From: Candidatus Azotimanducaceae bacterium
Lineage (GTDB): Bacteria; Pseudomonadota; Gammaproteobacteria; Pseudomonadales; Azotimanducaceae
Assembly: GCA_965208855.1 (NCBI GenBank)
Contig: OZ242359.1
Span: 966,237-1,030,236 of the forward strand
Length of the DNA stretch: 64,000 bases
Reading direction: 5' to 3'
Shown here: one piece after another, positions 62,306 through 64,000 of the stretch
How the letters are laid out: each line of letters begins with the position of its first letter
Position numbering within the stretch: position 1 is the stretch's first letter
Translations under genes and position numbers: made by a program
The notes under the pieces: generated by a model
What the model saw: the letters and a program-made list of their open reading frames with translations, nothing else
Databases searched by the model: none
What the model was told of the DNA's origin: nothing

Positions 62306-64000
62306 CTAGACCGTGTAACCTTCCTCGATCAATGGCATCTTCCTGACTCTTTCACCGGTTGCCGCATATATGGCATTTGCCACTGCCGGTGCCAGCGGTG
62401 GCAGTGCCGGTTCACCCAGGCCCGTCGGGTCATGGTTGCTTTGGATAAAGTGCACGTCTACTTCCGGCGCGGCATCAATTCTCAATACCGGATACTGGTG
62501 CAAATTAGTCTGCTGGATGCGACCCGCCTCCATGGTGATCTTCTGCCCCACCATGGTGCTGAAACCGTCGATGATGGCGCCCTGCACCTGCGACACGGCG
62601 CCGCTCATGTTAATGATGGGCCCGACATCCACCGCCGCTGTTACCTTGTGAAGGGTCAGCTTCTTATTCCGGTCAACGCTGACTTCCGCCACCTCCGCGA
62701 CATGTGCTGCGTGACAAAAATAAAAAGACAAACCCAGCCCTCTGCCTTCCGGCATCTCTTGACCCCAGCCGGCTTTCTCTGTCACCAGGCGAATCACGTC
62801 AATGGCTCTGCCGGTATTCAGTGTGCGGATATCATCCGGCTTCAGCCAGCGTCGCTCGCCGAGCATTTCAACCAACAACTCGGCATGGTCGCGCCCGCTG
62901 GCAACCGCAAGCTCATGAATAAAACCCTGGGTCACAAACGCATGGGTGTTTGACCAGGGTGCGCGCCAGGGTCCGCAAAGGGTATTCATCTCCATCAGTG
63001 TTTGCGTGCCGCGAACCGGCGACATATTGGCAAGCGGGAAGGCGCTATCTCGAAAGCCGGAGCCTATGACCCGCTCGTCGTTTTGTTGCACGCCGATGGC
63101 GTGTTCATCCCAGCCCACGATTCGGCCTTCCGGGTCCAGGGCCGCACGGATTTTCTGGAAGCCGCCCACCCGGAAAAAGTCGTGCTTCATATTGTCTTCC
63201 CGGGACCAGGTGAGCTTGACCGGCCTGCCGGACATTTTGGAGAGTTCAACCGCCTCACACACATATTCGCTACTGGTGCGACGCCCAAAACTCCCTCCCA
63301 TACGCATGACATGAATGTTCAGTTGATCTTTTTCAAGACCATAAAGTTTTGCGGCGACCTGCTGAGACCCCGGCCCACTCTGTGTAGGCAACCAGAGTTC
63401 AAGGCTGTCCTTGCCGCCGTTTTCGCCCTTTTTGTAATGCGCCGTACAATTCATCGGCTCAAGACACAAGTGAGTCACATAAGGAAACTCATAGTCGCTT
63501 TCAATAACCCGGTTGTTGTCATCCGCAAAGGCGCCATCGACGTCACCGCGGGCGACAACCGTATCCGGCCCGGCAGGCGCATCAACGGCAGCCGCCAGTT
63601 TTGTGAAACCGGCCCAGCTATCCTTTGAGGCTTCGGCTTCATCCCATTTCACACCCAGCTTTTCACGCGCTTTGAAAACCGCCCAGGTACTTGTGCCGAC
63701 AATACCGACGCCATCCATCAGTTCGCGTACATTACCGTTGCCGCGAATAATGTAGGCATCGACTATGCCTGGCTGTTTTTTTATCTCGGCAATGTTGGCG
63801 CTAACGATTTTACCGCCCACTGCCGGGCATTTTTCATAAGCGCCGTACAGCATATCGGGCACACGAGTATCAATGCCGTAATCGCCCTGACCAGTGACAA
63901 TCTCCAGGCTGTCCACTTGGCTCTTGGCGGTGCCGAGAATCTTGTAATCTTCGCGCCCCTTGTAAACCAGCGTATCCGGGTCCGGTACGGGCTGCCTGTA
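62306..64000 (-). CDS. molybdopterin-binding subunit of a xanthine-dehydrogenase-family hydroxylase (IorB / aldehyde-oxidase beta-like), 5'-partial
   Basis: The track ORF starts at a GTG at 63916, but the frame stays open to the window edge (...EDYKILGTAKSQVDSLEIVTGQGDYGID, the typical N-terminal region). The C-terminus GLGEPALPPLAPAVANAIYAATGERVRKMP is characteristic. Confidence 0.85.
   Translation of the reverse strand, partial: YRQPVPDPDTLVYKGREDYKILGTAKSQVDSLEIVTGQGDYGIDTRVPDMLYGAYEKCPAVGGKIVSANIAEIKKQPGIVDAYIIRGNGNVRELMDGVGIVGTSTWAVFKAREKLGVKWDEAEASKDSWAGFTKLAAAVDAPAGPDTVVARGDVDGAFADDNNRVIESDYEFPYVTHLCLEPMNCTAHYKKGENGGKDSLELWLPTQSGPGSQQVAAKLYGLEKDQLNIHVMRMGGSFGRRTSSEYVCEAVELSKMSGRPVKLTWSREDNMKHDFFRVGGFQKIRAALDPEGRIVGWDEHAIGVQQNDERVIGSGFRDSAFPLANMSPVRGTQTLMEMNTLCGPWRAPWSNTHAFVTQGFIHELAVASGRDHAELLVEMLGERRWLKPDDIRTLNTGRAIDVIRLVTEKAGWGQEMPEGRGLGLSFYFCHAAHVAEVAEVSVDRNKKLTLHKVTAAVDVGPIINMSGAVSQVQGAIIDGFSTMVGQKITMEAGRIQQTNLHQYPVLRIDAAPEVDVHFIQSNHDPTGLGEPALPPLAPAVANAIYAATGERVRKMPLIEEGYTV

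Overview
This is a 64-kb chromosomal segment from a moderately GC-rich proteobacterium. It is probably a marine or hydrocarbon-associated gammaproteobacterium, but that guess rests only on gene content (TRAP transporter, TonB-dependent receptor, CYP153-like P450, WS/DGAT, HtpX). I support about 57 protein genes, 3 gene remnants, 1 IS element and 1 candidate small RNA. I saw no rRNA, tRNA or CRISPR. The core is mostly lipid, terpenoid and aromatic catabolism: acyl-CoA dehydrogenases, crotonases, a thiolase with its DUF35 partner, a carboxyltransferase, LLM oxidoreductases, MBL hydrolases, a carotenoid-cleavage oxygenase, a P450, an acyl-CoA ligase, an SDR, WS/DGAT, a Rieske oxygenase and a Mo-hydroxylase. 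It also carries leuCD-cimA, korAB and clpP-htpX. There are two accessory regions. (i) A visibly AT-rich composite island at about 19.56-28.2 kb. It holds a tightly overlapping three-gene cassette (P-loop kinase-like NTPase, PIN-GNAT-PUA-like fusion, stand-alone ASCH protein), an IS4-family element, two Sel1-repeat proteins, a membrane pentapeptide-repeat protein, and a chimeric remnant in which the N-terminus of a DNA methyltransferase is fused to a duplicated 3' end of the neighbouring phyH gene. (ii) An islet at 54.5-57.8 kb with an orphan ORC/Cdc6-like AAA+ ATPase and a hipBA module, next to a gutted CoA-transferase gene. Many intergenic spaces, and all accessory junctions, carry a mosaic of three GC-rich hairpin REP-like modules, including a 7-copy tandem array. 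The best candidate for an undescribed system is the kinase / PIN-GNAT-PUA / ASCH cassette at 20141-22542. All functional calls come from reading motifs in the supplied translations. No database search was run.
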